Virus record (IMG/VR): IMGVR_UViG_3300045988_139374
Location: 192,001-256,000 of that record
DNA: 64,000 nt
Origin: a virus
Reading direction: 5' to 3' (one strand)
Shown here: positions 50,905 to 59,589 of the stretch, piece by piece
Position numbering within the stretch: the first letter of the stretch is position 1
Layout of the letters: each line of letters begins with the position of its first letter
Program-made: the position numbers and the translations under genes
The notes under the pieces: generated by a model
What the model saw: the letters and a program-made list of their open reading frames with translations, nothing else
Database searches by the model: none
Told to the model about the DNA's origin: nothing

Positions 50905-53028
50905 ATGGTAACGTATTATGAAAACTATGGTCCGTATGTCCAATTGGCAAAAACAGGATATCAGGAGATTGAGTCTACTTCCTTGACTCCTGATAATTAT
51001 ATGAGCAATTTTAATGGTATTCTTAATATCATGAAAGATGGCATTGAACAGCCTGATGTTCAAGCATATATGATTGGTGTACAATTTCCTCATGACGATT
51101 TGTTGGGGCTTAATCGTAGTGATGAATTTGTAAAATTTACTCTTGTTGATTATTGGTATAATCTTCTGTTTTGGACATTTCCTATTTGTGCTGGAAATGT
51201 AATTACTGTAAGATATATTTTTGATACAAGAGCAATTACTAAAGGAGCTATTGTTTCGTTCTTTAATAAGCTTATTAAGAGCTATCGTAAGGATATGAAC
51301 TTTATGCTTCTTAATAATCTCCTTGATGATAGTATTTCTAAAATGAAAGAAATCGATACATTTGCATTGTATCTTGCAAATACTGTCAATTTTAAAGATA
51401 CTATTAATCTAATGGAGAAATATCCTGAATTCAACGCATCTATGCATGCAGATCTTTCTGATACTCCTATCGAGGATGTCAAGTCTATCGGTATGGATTA
51501 TACAAACATGCAGATTAGATATATTAAGGATAATGATCATTGTTTGAGAGATTCTTTTGTATCTGGTGAGGCTATTTCTCCGAAACAGTTTAAGGAAGTG
51601 TCTGTCAACGTCGGTACTAAACCTGATGGTCAGGGAGGAATTTTTCCATATATCATCAATAATTCTTTTATGAATGGTGGTGTGGCAAATCCTGAATCCT
51701 ATGTCATTGACTCTTCTGTTGGTAGAATTGCACAGATCTTGCAGAAGATGAATGTCGGTACCTCTGGTGCATTTGCACGATTGCTTGAAACTAATAATTT
51801 GGATACATTCTTAAACGATGATCCTAATTATACTTGTAATACTGCAAACTTCATTGAAATTACTATTAAGGATGCTAAATTCCTGAGGCTTTATGATAAG
51901 AGATACTATAAGATCAATCCTCATGGCGTTGATTATCTATTGGATGCGGATAGAGACACTCATCTGATTGGTAAAACTTTGTATTTCAGATCTCCTATCA
52001 CTTGTCAATCTTATGCTAGAGGCACTGGTATTTGCCATAAGTGTTATGGAGATCTGTATTATACAAATAGGGATATCAATCCTGGTAAGTTGGCTGCTGA
52101 GTTATTGTCCGAAAAATATACTCAAATGCTATTGTCTGCAAAACATCTATTGGAATCTGCTGTAGTTGAAATGAAGTGGAATCCGGAATTCTTTGATATC
52201 TTTAATATCGAATTGAATACTATCAATATTGATGAAGATACCGATGTATCTGGATTCTTTATGATTCTTGATTCTTCTAAATTCGATTCAGATGATGATG
52301 ATGACTCTGATGGTATCATTTATGAAGAATTTACCCCTTCTTTTGATATTAGATATCCTGATGGTCATGTAGTTACTTTCCATACTGTAGATGAGGATAA
52401 TATTTATCTTACTGAAGATTTAAATAGAGTCCTTAAATCTAAGAAAGCAAAAGAAGATGATGGAATCTATACTATTCCTTTGGATGCGGTTAAATCTCTT
52501 CCTAGTATTTTTACAGTAAAGATTCAGAATAAGGAGCTTCAGAGAACTCTGGAAAGATCTAAGCATATTATTGATAGAGAGAAAGATACTTCCTCTTTCA
52601 ATAAGAATACTATCGTCAGTGAATTTATCAATGCAAACCTTGAAGGTGGATTGGTAATTTCTGCTGTGCATCTGGAAGTTCTTCTGTCTAATCAGATGAG
52701 AGATCCTGATAATATTCTTGAAATGCCTAACTGGGCTATTGAGAATGCTCCTTATAAGATTCTTACTCTTAGCTCTGCATTGAACTATTCTCCGAGTATT
52801 ACCGTTAACTTTGAATATCAGAGAGTAGGTAAGACTCTAGTTTCTCCGCTATCTACAAAGAAGCATAAACCTTCTATCTTCGATCTTTACTTTATGGAAA
52901 AGCCTCAGGACTTTATGGTTAACACTGAAATGGTTTCTGATAAGTTCCATGAGAAAGATGAGTATGATATGAAGGGTAATAAAGATGCTATCTATTTTGT
53001 TACGCCTGACAAAGGTAGCAAAGATTAA
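50905..53028 (+). CDS. multisubunit RNA polymerase beta-prime subunit, C-terminal half as a separate polypeptide (707 aa)
   Basis: NSFMNGGVANPESYVIDSSVGRIAQILQKMNVGTSGAFARLL aligns with the bridge-helix region (FLEGL..[30 protein letters not shown]). RSPITCQSYARGTGICHKCYGDLY..GKLAAELLSEKYTQMLLSAKH aligns with [43 protein letters not shown] of E. coli beta-prime. No NADFDGD region is present, so the catalytic N-terminal half must be encoded elsewhere. Confidence 0.8.
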   Translation: MVTYYENYGPYVQLAKTGYQEIESTSLTPDNYMSNFNGILNIMKDGIEQPDVQAYMIGVQFPHDDLLGLNRSDEFVKFTLVDYWYNLLFWTFPICAGNVITVRYIFDTRAITKGAIVSFFNKLIKSYRKDMNFMLLNNLLDDSISKMKEIDTFALYLANTVNFKDTINLMEKYPEFNASMHADLSDTPIEDVKSIGMDYTNMQIRYIKDNDHCLRDSFVSGEAISPKQFKEVSVNVGTKPDGQGGIFPYIINNSFMNGGVANPESYVIDSSVGRIAQILQKMNVGTSGAFARLLETNNLDTFLNDDPNYTCNTANFIEITIKDAKFLRLYDKRYYKINPHGVDYLLDADRDTHLIGKTLYFRSPITCQSYARGTGICHKCYGDLYYTNRDINPGKLAAELLSEKYTQMLLSAKHLLESAVVEMKWNPEFFDIFNIELNTINIDEDTDVSGFFMILDSSKFDSDDDDDSDGIIYEEFTPSFDIRYPDGHVVTFHTVDEDNIYLTEDLNRVLKSKKAKEDDGIYTIPLDAVKSLPSIFTVKIQNKELQRTLERSKHIIDREKDTSSFNKNTIVSEFINANLEGGLVISAVHLEVLLSNQMRDPDNILEMPNWAIENAPYKILTLSSALNYSPSITVNFEYQRVGKTLVSPLSTKKHKPSIFDLYFMEKPQDFMVNTEMVSDKFHEKDEYDMKGNKDAIYFVTPDKGSKD

Positions 53029-53039
53029 TTAAAAAGAGA

Positions 53040-53075
53040 CCGGAGAGAACTTAAACTCTCCGGCCTTTTATTTTT
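53040..53075 (+). terminator. intrinsic terminator
   Basis: 8-bp stem CCGGAGAG/CTCTCCGG followed by CCTTTTATTTTT. Confidence 0.75.
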
Positions 53076-53090
53076 AGAAAGTGTGATCAT

Positions 53091-54740
53091 ATGGTATATA
53101 AATCTATTGATGATTATAAAATGGTAGTCCATAATTCATCAATTGTTATTAATCATTGTAAACTAACTGATTTTCCTACACTGATTAGACAATTTGGGGT
53201 ATGGGATAAAGTTTGCCATCGAGTAAATTATATAGGAATTCATTATGATCCAGAAAAACAGAGACTCTTTTTACCAAGAGGAATTGATGTAGATTATGTA
53301 AGGCGTAAAGTAGAATCTACAATGGATCCAGATGAATTCTCTTCTTATATTGCTCGATATAATCACTATGATAAAGTATCTAAGAGAATTAAAATGAAGA
53401 TGCTTCCTAGGGATGATGTTCAAAAAGAAGCATTAAATTTTGGTCTCTGTAAAGGAAAGTACTATTGCAATAGTGGTAAGACTCAATTTGCTATAAATCT
53501 TACTACTGGTAAAGGAAAGACTTATATTGCATCTTGTATTATGAGTTATCTAGGAATCAGATCTATTGTAATTACTTCTCAGTCTGGTATTCTAGACCAA
53601 TGGAGAGAAAAGGTTAAAGAATATACTGATATTGATGATTCTGAAATCGTAAAGATTGAAGGAGGGCCAATGATTGGTAGAATTCTTAATGATTCTTCTA
53701 TGATGACTAATAAGTCTTTATATCTTTGCACACATTCTACTTTACAGACTTATGGCTCTACTCATGGTTGGGATAAAGTAGGTTTATTATTTGAAAAACT
53801 TGGTATTGGAATTAAGTTTTTTGATGAAGCACATCAGAATTTCCAAAACATGGCGTTGATAGATTTTGCAACTAGAGATGTTTGGAGAACTTATTATATT
53901 ACTGCTACTCCTTCTAGATCTGATAGACAAGAGGATATTATTTATAAACTTTATATGAAGAATGTCCCATCCATTAATCTATTCAATCCAGAAGTGGATG
54001 CCCATACTAGCTATATTGCAATTAAGTATAATTCGTATCCTACACCTTCTGATGTAAATGCTTGTAAGAATAATGTATATGGTTTAAGCAATCCATTATA
54101 TATTGATTATCTGATGAGAAACAATAGATTTTGGATTATGTTTGATTATATCTTCTCTCTGATTTATAGATCTGGTGGTAAAGCATTATTCTATATTGGT
54201 ACTAATTCAGCAATTGAAAAAGTATATGAAAGGATTATGTTTAATTATCCTGAATTATGGAATGATGTTGGAATCTATACTTCTATTAGTGAAGATAAAC
54301 AGCAAGCAAAAACCAAGAAATATATTCTTACAACTACTAAGTCTGCAGGTGCTGGTGAAGATATTCCTGACTTAAAATATTCTGTAGTTTTGGCAGAACC
54401 TTTTAAATCTGAAGTCATCACTAGACAGACTCTAGGAAGAACTAGAAATCCTAATACTTCCTATATAGAACTCGTAGATGTCGGTTTTAGACAGCTTCAG
54501 GGATTCTTCAATGCTAAGAGACACATTTTCAATAAATATGCCTCAAAATCAAAAGTCATGTTCGTAGATAATCCTAAATTGGCTAATATAGACGAAGAGA
54601 CTAGGATTCAGATGCGTGATAGATTCAAATATCAACTAGAATTCAATGTTCCTAATAATATTGAAGCTATTAGCTTCATTAAGGAAAAGAATATTCCTGC
54701 TGTATATTTTGCATCTGAGATTCAAGAGAGAAAGGAGTAA
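53091..54740 (+). CDS. SF2 DEAH-box helicase (549 aa)
   Basis: Walker A TTGKGKT, motif II FFDEAHQN, motif III TATPSR, motif VI QTLGRTRN, in canonical order. Confidence 0.85.
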   Translation: MVYKSIDDYKMVVHNSSIVINHCKLTDFPTLIRQFGVWDKVCHRVNYIGIHYDPEKQRLFLPRGIDVDYVRRKVESTMDPDEFSSYIARYNHYDKVSKRIKMKMLPRDDVQKEALNFGLCKGKYYCNSGKTQFAINLTTGKGKTYIASCIMSYLGIRSIVITSQSGILDQWREKVKEYTDIDDSEIVKIEGGPMIGRILNDSSMMTNKSLYLCTHSTLQTYGSTHGWDKVGLLFEKLGIGIKFFDEAHQNFQNMALIDFATRDVWRTYYITATPSRSDRQEDIIYKLYMKNVPSINLFNPEVDAHTSYIAIKYNSYPTPSDVNACKNNVYGLSNPLYIDYLMRNNRFWIMFDYIFSLIYRSGGKALFYIGTNSAIEKVYERIMFNYPELWNDVGIYTSISEDKQQAKTKKYILTTTKSAGAGEDIPDLKYSVVLAEPFKSEVITRQTLGRTRNPNTSYIELVDVGFRQLQGFFNAKRHIFNKYASKSKVMFVDNPKLANIDEETRIQMRDRFKYQLEFNVPNNIEAISFIKEKNIPAVYFASEIQERKE

Positions 54741-54744
54741 TAAT

Positions 54745-55086
54745 ATGAAATGTATTTATCAGCTCACTAGCCAGAATGTAAAAGTATCAGTTACTAATAG
54801 TGAAAGTCCTATTAAAGTAGAAGGATGCTTTAATGCTTTACAAGATGCAATCTTTTACCTTGGAGTAAAGTGTGGTAAGATTGCTAAGCAATATGAAAAG
54901 ATTGGAGAAGTAATTACTACTATCTTTAATGAAAATAGCTTAGATGAAATCGATAAAGAACGTGATATTGTATATGTGGCATTTATCAATATTAAGACAA
55001 ATAAGAATAAAACTAAGCTCGAAAATGAAGAGTTTAAATTTCTTATCTATCAATATCCTTTCTATGAAAATACAATGAGTATCTAA
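54745..55086 (+). CDS. hypothetical protein (113 aa)
   Basis: ATG 54745 follows AAAGGAG (the ORF-track start at 54646 lies inside the helicase gene and is rejected). Terminator at 55093-55130. Confidence 0.75.
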   Translation: MKCIYQLTSQNVKVSVTNSESPIKVEGCFNALQDAIFYLGVKCGKIAKQYEKIGEVITTIFNENSLDEIDKERDIVYVAFINIKTNKNKTKLENEEFKFLIYQYPFYENTMSI

Positions 55087-55092
55087 ATAACC

Positions 55093-55130
55093 GGGTAAGG
55101 AAGTAAAATTCCTTACCCATATTTTATTTA
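55093..55130 (+). terminator. intrinsic terminator
   Basis: 10-bp stem GGGTAAGGAA/TTCCTTACCC followed by ATATTTTATTT. Confidence 0.7.
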
Positions 55131-55150
55131 AAAAGTCATTGAAATAGATT

Positions 55151-55194
55151 AGATAATATAATAATGAAATAGAAGCGAAAGAGTACTTCTATTT
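55151..55194 (+). promoter_or_regulatory. promoter-like block plus 5' hairpin, element E6 (subtype 2)
   Basis: ATAATATAATAATGAAATAGAAGCGAAAGAGTACTTCTATTT, with stem AAATAGAAG/CTTCTATTT. The 5' arm AATAGAAGCG is the exact reverse complement of box positions CGCTTCTATT. Confidence 0.5.
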
Positions 55195-55234
55195 TAGTCG
55201 TTTAATTAATCACAATATATCTGGAGGTATAACT

Positions 55235-55477
55235 ATGTTTTACAAGACTCTTTACTACTGGTATTTCTCTGAGTTTCTTCCTAAGAAGAACAAGACAACT
55301 CAGGACTTCAAAGATTTGACCGCCTACTTTGCAGAGCTGGCAGTCATCGGCGCATTGATGGGTTTGGGAGTTTCCAAACTCATCGATGCATTCTGTGAGA
55401 TCAAGGAAGCCAAGGATAAGATGGCTTCTCTGAAGCAGCAGAATCAGTCTGAGGCAACTGAGTCTCAGGCTGAGTAA
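55235..55477 (+). CDS. small membrane protein (80 aa)
   Basis: CTGGAGG SD. One TM helix (LAVIGALMGLGVSKLI). GC-rich codons. Lies behind element E6. Terminator at 55491-55520. Confidence 0.8.
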   Translation: MFYKTLYYWYFSEFLPKKNKTTQDFKDLTAYFAELAVIGALMGLGVSKLIDAFCEIKEAKDKMASLKQQNQSEATESQAE

Positions 55478-55490
55478 GTAACCTACAACC

Positions 55491-55520
55491 GGCCTGGGAT
55501 ATCCCAGGCCTTTATTTTTA
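55491..55520 (+). terminator. intrinsic terminator (perfect 20-bp palindrome)
   Basis: GGCCTGGGAT/ATCCCAGGCC followed by TTTATTTTT. Confidence 0.8.
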
Positions 55521-55544
55521 CGAACATAAATGGAGGTATAAGTT

Positions 55545-57566
55545 ATGTTCTATATTAACCAGTTTGTCGAGTCTATCAGCAATGACTGGAGGAATCGTAA
55601 GATCAACTCCAGCTATGTCAACGAAGAGGAGATCAATAACCGGGTCACCTCTAAGAAGAAGGGGTATACCAACCAGAGCCCCTTTAAGATGATTGGCGTA
55701 AAGGAGGGCTATAAGTTCTCCCGCACCTGCTATGATGCTGGTAAGGACCAGCACTTCTTCGAGGCTCTGAAGAAGTACTCTGATGAGTATATCAAGAGCT
55801 TTGAACAAGGCAAGATCCGTACTCCGTTCACTCATGCTGACGGAGACATCTATGGCTTTACCAAGCCTTTCTACGATATGCCCAAATTAGATAGCAGCGA
55901 AGGCTTTAAGGGAATCTGCAATTACTATGATTCCCTTACTCGTGCCCTCGTTCAGAGGGGCACTAAGGAGGATATTGAGAAAGTTGAGTCCAGTCTTCAC
56001 TATCTGTATGATACCGCAAATGCCAATTTCTTCAAGAAACTGGCATGGGGCGTCCTTCATGGATTCGTCTGTGGATGGATGGATGAGGAGCAGTTAACAA
56101 ATCTGATTCCTGCGTTCAGTGCACGCAAGAAGTACACTGATCTCAGGCACATTAAAACCTGGAATATGAGTATTGAAGCAAATATTGATATTCCTATCGA
56201 AATTCGTAGGATGTTCATGAGCAACTCCGATGGCCAGGTTGCAGCTCTGTTCTTCTTAGTCCCAGAAGCAGAGCTGGAGCATCCTGAGGACGAAGCCGAT
56301 GACCCTCTGAGTGCCATCGGCAACAATGCAGAGGTTGTCGATATTGATCCTGATAATATCAAAGAGACTCCGAAGCCTCAGAAGAATCCCCAGCCTCAGC
56401 CTGTAGCACAGGCACCTAAGCCGGATGATATCAAAAAGGCTCCTATTCAGGAACTGCATGTTGTAGTTCCTCAGGAGCCTTCTCCTGCAGAGGTTGCTCC
56501 GAAGGTTACCAAGGATGGTAAGGCAGTAATTCCTGATCCTCCGGTAAAACCTGATACCCCCATTGAGGTTCCTCCTCAGGACTCTGTAAATCCTCAGGCA
56601 TCTGCGGTTCCCAACTTTGATAATCTCAAAGCTGAGAATAATACAGAGTTGAAGGATGCTGTCTCTTTTGGCGATCCGAAAGAGAAGTATGACTTCAACG
56701 ATATCCTGAAGCAGGCACGTGAGGTTCTGCTGAAGGAGCAGGAGATGCACAAACAGCAGGAACCTGTTCAGCAGTCTCAGCCTGTAGCACAGGCACCTGC
56801 TGATGTTCCTCTTGATTGGAATTGGGACGTAAATTCCATCGACAAAGAGAACAATGAGGAATATCATAAGCGGGTGATCGGTATTGATCGGTTCACCAAG
56901 ATGGTCCATGATCAGAATAAGATCGTGAATTATTCTGATCTTGACAACTATCCTGGCCTGATTAAGGCTACCATTTTTGATGTCACGAAGGCCAATAATG
57001 ACATCAACAATCCTGAAGCAATGCGGGGTTACGTTGTAATTGATCCTCGTGTCATCTATGGTGACACGATTCGAGTCTATCAGTTCTATGATAGAATTGA
57101 TATCCGCAAACAGTGGTCTGTGCCTCTCTATAACGAGACGATGGTTAAGAAGATGATTGCGGAAACTTATTCTGCAGCCGATGATCGATATATTCGTGCT
57201 CAAACCCCTCAGGAGCTGCAGAATAACTTAACTGGAAAGTATTGGTTCATCGACCGAATTGATATGTCCGGTATCTATGATGAAGTCGGTGATCTGACCA
57301 ATGAGAACTGGCGTAAGTTGGTTGCCAATATTTGCAAGGTTCTGAAGGCTGATAAGACTCTTGCCGGTATCCGCTTCCGCATCTACGATTATGAGAGTCC
57401 CAGCAAATTCAAGATGATCGCTGATGAGAAAGTGAAATATCCGTTCTCCAGCAACATTCTGAACACCATTCAGAACCAGGATGCTATCCGTGTTGGCCGC
57501 AAGATTGTTGTGACTACCAACAAGGATGGCAAACTTGTTTGGAATTTACAGACCACTAAGATCTAA
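55545..57566 (+). CDS. hypothetical protein (673 aa) with central Pro/Gln-rich linker
   Basis: ATGGAGG SD and GC-rich codons. Linker contains QPVAQAP twice. The 315-aa antisense ORF (56256-57203) is judged an artefact. Confidence 0.9.
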   Translation: MFYINQFVESISNDWRNRKINSSYVNEEEINNRVTSKKKGYTNQSPFKMIGVKEGYKFSRTCYDAGKDQHFFEALKKYSDEYIKSFEQGKIRTPFTHADGDIYGFTKPFYDMPKLDSSEGFKGICNYYDSLTRALVQRGTKEDIEKVESSLHYLYDTANANFFKKLAWGVLHGFVCGWMDEEQLTNLIPAFSARKKYTDLRHIKTWNMSIEANIDIPIEIRRMFMSNSDGQVAALFFLVPEAELEHPEDEADDPLSAIGNNAEVVDIDPDNIKETPKPQKNPQPQPVAQAPKPDDIKKAPIQELHVVVPQEPSPAEVAPKVTKDGKAVIPDPPVKPDTPIEVPPQDSVNPQASAVPNFDNLKAENNTELKDAVSFGDPKEKYDFNDILKQAREVLLKEQEMHKQQEPVQQSQPVAQAPADVPLDWNWDVNSIDKENNEEYHKRVIGIDRFTKMVHDQNKIVNYSDLDNYPGLIKATIFDVTKANNDINNPEAMRGYVVIDPRVIYGDTIRVYQFYDRIDIRKQWSVPLYNETMVKKMIAETYSAADDRYIRAQTPQELQNNLTGKYWFIDRIDMSGIYDEVGDLTNENWRKLVANICKVLKADKTLAGIRFRIYDYESPSKFKMIADEKVKYPFSSNILNTIQNQDAIRVGRKIVVTTNKDGKLVWNLQTTKI

Positions 57567-57577
57567 AATATAATAAA

Positions 57578-57626
57578 AGTCTAGTAGAAAAGGAGGTGAT
57601 CATCTCTACTAGACTTTTATTTTTTC
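57578..57626 (+). terminator. intrinsic terminator
   Basis: 11-bp stem AGTCTAGTAGA/TCTACTAGACT with a 16-nt loop, followed by TTTTATTTTTT. Confidence 0.7.
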
Positions 57627-57670
57627 TTTGACTTCTTATTATAATACACCCTCTAGGAGATAAATCTATT

Positions 57671-58507
57671 ATGACACAAGAAGAAAGAAAACGGTTAGAA
57701 CTATTATTCGAATTAGAAAACATTAAAGCAAATTTAATGTGTATTGCACCTAGGGTAAATCTTAAAGCGGTAACAGATTTATCCTATAAAGATCCTGATG
57801 GAAGAAAACATAGATTTTATGAAGAAATAAGATATAGATCTAATAAGTATAAAAATATTGATCATCTTATTACTGCAAGTTTTCATTTAAACACTTATCT
57901 TACGATTGATTATCCAAATCCTAGATATACACCTAATAATGGAGAATTAAAGAGTTCTATTATTAATATCAGAGGATATAATTTGGATGAATTAGTCGCT
58001 AAGATGAAATTGTTTAATGATAGAATTCTTAATCATTGTTTTGGAGAGAGAAATGGTGAATATATCATTTATTCTGATAAAGTAAGATCTCTTAATGTAG
58101 TGATATATCAATATAGAGATAAGGATAATGATATAATTACTTTTTCTCCTGACATTTATTCCTTCGTATCTGAGAAAAAAGATAAGATTAATATTCCTGG
58201 AGTTATGATAACCTTTAATAATGAATATCAATGCATTATTGATGTAGATTCTACTTGGATGGAATTAATCTATAGATTAAGTCATTGTGATCTTAGCACT
58301 TTAGGATTTCAGATGATTCAACCTTTTATTGGATTACTTCCAGGCAATGCAGTTTCTGATATTGGAGGTAATTATAACTCATCGTCTAGATATGCTCCGT
58401 ATTATGCAGTAGAAGATCCAGATGATATTGCTAATAATGAGAACTCTGTATCAGTAAATCAATCTAAAAGGTCTAACGAATATAAGAAGCATATTTTTGA
58501 CATTTAA
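57671..58507 (+). CDS. hypothetical protein (278 aa)
   Basis: TAGGAGA SD. Terminator at 58513-58551. Confidence 0.85.
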   Translation: MTQEERKRLELLFELENIKANLMCIAPRVNLKAVTDLSYKDPDGRKHRFYEEIRYRSNKYKNIDHLITASFHLNTYLTIDYPNPRYTPNNGELKSSIINIRGYNLDELVAKMKLFNDRILNHCFGERNGEYIIYSDKVRSLNVVIYQYRDKDNDIITFSPDIYSFVSEKKDKINIPGVMITFNNEYQCIIDVDSTWMELIYRLSHCDLSTLGFQMIQPFIGLLPGNAVSDIGGNYNSSSRYAPYYAVEDPDDIANNENSVSVNQSKRSNEYKKHIFDI

Positions 58508-58512
58508 AACTC

Positions 58513-58551
58513 ATAAGTAATATACTAAACGTATATTACTTATTTTTTTTA
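58513..58551 (+). terminator. intrinsic terminator
   Basis: 13-bp AT-rich stem ATAAGTAATATAC/GTATATTACTTAT followed by a T8 run. Confidence 0.7.
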
Positions 58552-58579
58552 CAAAAATTTATAGAAAGAGGTAATACTA

Positions 58580-59059
58580 ATGCTGAATCAAGATGTGTAC
58601 ACAAAAGCCATGATTAATATTCTTTCTGAACGGCTAAAGTTTAACAACCTTAAATATAAGGTTATTCTTTATTCATCTAGCCTTGGATATGAATATAATT
58701 ATCAAACATTAAGAATTAGACCGATTAATTCAGTATTTTGGTTTAATATTGATAATGCAAATGCATTCAACTTTATGGAATTTCTCAATAATCAAATTAA
58801 TAAGGTAATCAGCCAAGATAATAATTCTGGATGGATTAAAGATTTTCCATTTGGAGATTGTGAGAATGGAAATATCACTATTGATATGGATACTATTAAT
58901 CTGGAAAATATTATGCTGATTGTAGAAGATCCTGAGCAAGCAGAAACCATCTGGAACGAGTATTATTATCTATGCGTATTCTTATCCAAGATATATAATG
59001 ATTCCGATAAAGCATTTAAGAATATTATCTCTGATATGGATTTTACTGATATTGAATAA
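58580..59059 (+). CDS. hypothetical protein (159 aa)
   Basis: AAAGAGG SD. Confidence 0.8.
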   Translation: MLNQDVYTKAMINILSERLKFNNLKYKVILYSSSLGYEYNYQTLRIRPINSVFWFNIDNANAFNFMEFLNNQINKVISQDNNSGWIKDFPFGDCENGNITIDMDTINLENIMLIVEDPEQAETIWNEYYYLCVFLSKIYNDSDKAFKNIISDMDFTDIE

Positions 59060-59075
59060 TTAAGGAGAAAGTAAA

Positions 59076-59588
59076 ATGAACGCAGCTATTAAGAAGATTA
59101 ATGATCAAATCGAAGATTATAAGAAAGAAACTGGAAATTCTGCAGATGATATTTCTGATGGATATCATTCTTTTGGTGATCTTTATAAGCATCGTACATA
59201 TTTATTAGCACTTGCTATGATTCATATGCCTTATGCATGGAAATCTAGAGTACATGAAGATGGTACTATGTATGATGGTATGTTTGTTGTAGGATTTCCT
59301 ACTCCTAATGGAATGGTGACTTATCACTGTGACAATGAATACTGGGAAGATTTTAAGATTCCTGTAATTCCTCATGCACCCCATTTTGATGGTTATACAG
59401 ATAAAGATGTTCTAGATAGAGAAAAAGCTTTCCTTGATAGTGCTAATACACGTCTTGTGAATAACAATAATATTGTGCAGATTAGTAGAATCTTCAAAGA
59501 TGAGATTCTACCGGTATTTGATAATCCTGTTCAATCAGCTTCTTTTATCAATTTCTATACACATGCACCCGCAACCGGTAGCATCTGA
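59076..59588 (+). CDS. hypothetical protein (170 aa)
   Basis: AAGGAGA SD and TGA stop. The motif SDGYHSFGDLYKHRTYL..AWKSRVHEDG looks like a conserved phage family that I cannot name. Confidence 0.8.
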   Translation: MNAAIKKINDQIEDYKKETGNSADDISDGYHSFGDLYKHRTYLLALAMIHMPYAWKSRVHEDGTMYDGMFVVGFPTPNGMVTYHCDNEYWEDFKIPVIPHAPHFDGYTDKDVLDREKAFLDSANTRLVNNNNIVQISRIFKDEILPVFDNPVQSASFINFYTHAPATGSI

Positions 59589-59589
59589 A

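Noticed and set aside
56256-57203. 315-aa ORF antisense to 55545-57566
   Set aside because: Same reasoning as above. It has an R/L/I-rich low-complexity product and no SD, and it is embedded in a GC-rich, codon-biased plus-strand gene.
57628-57645. TTGACT and TATAAT hexamers upstream of 57671, resembling a sigma-A promoter
   Set aside because: The hexamers are only 6 nt apart instead of about 17, so they cannot work together as -35 and -10 elements.
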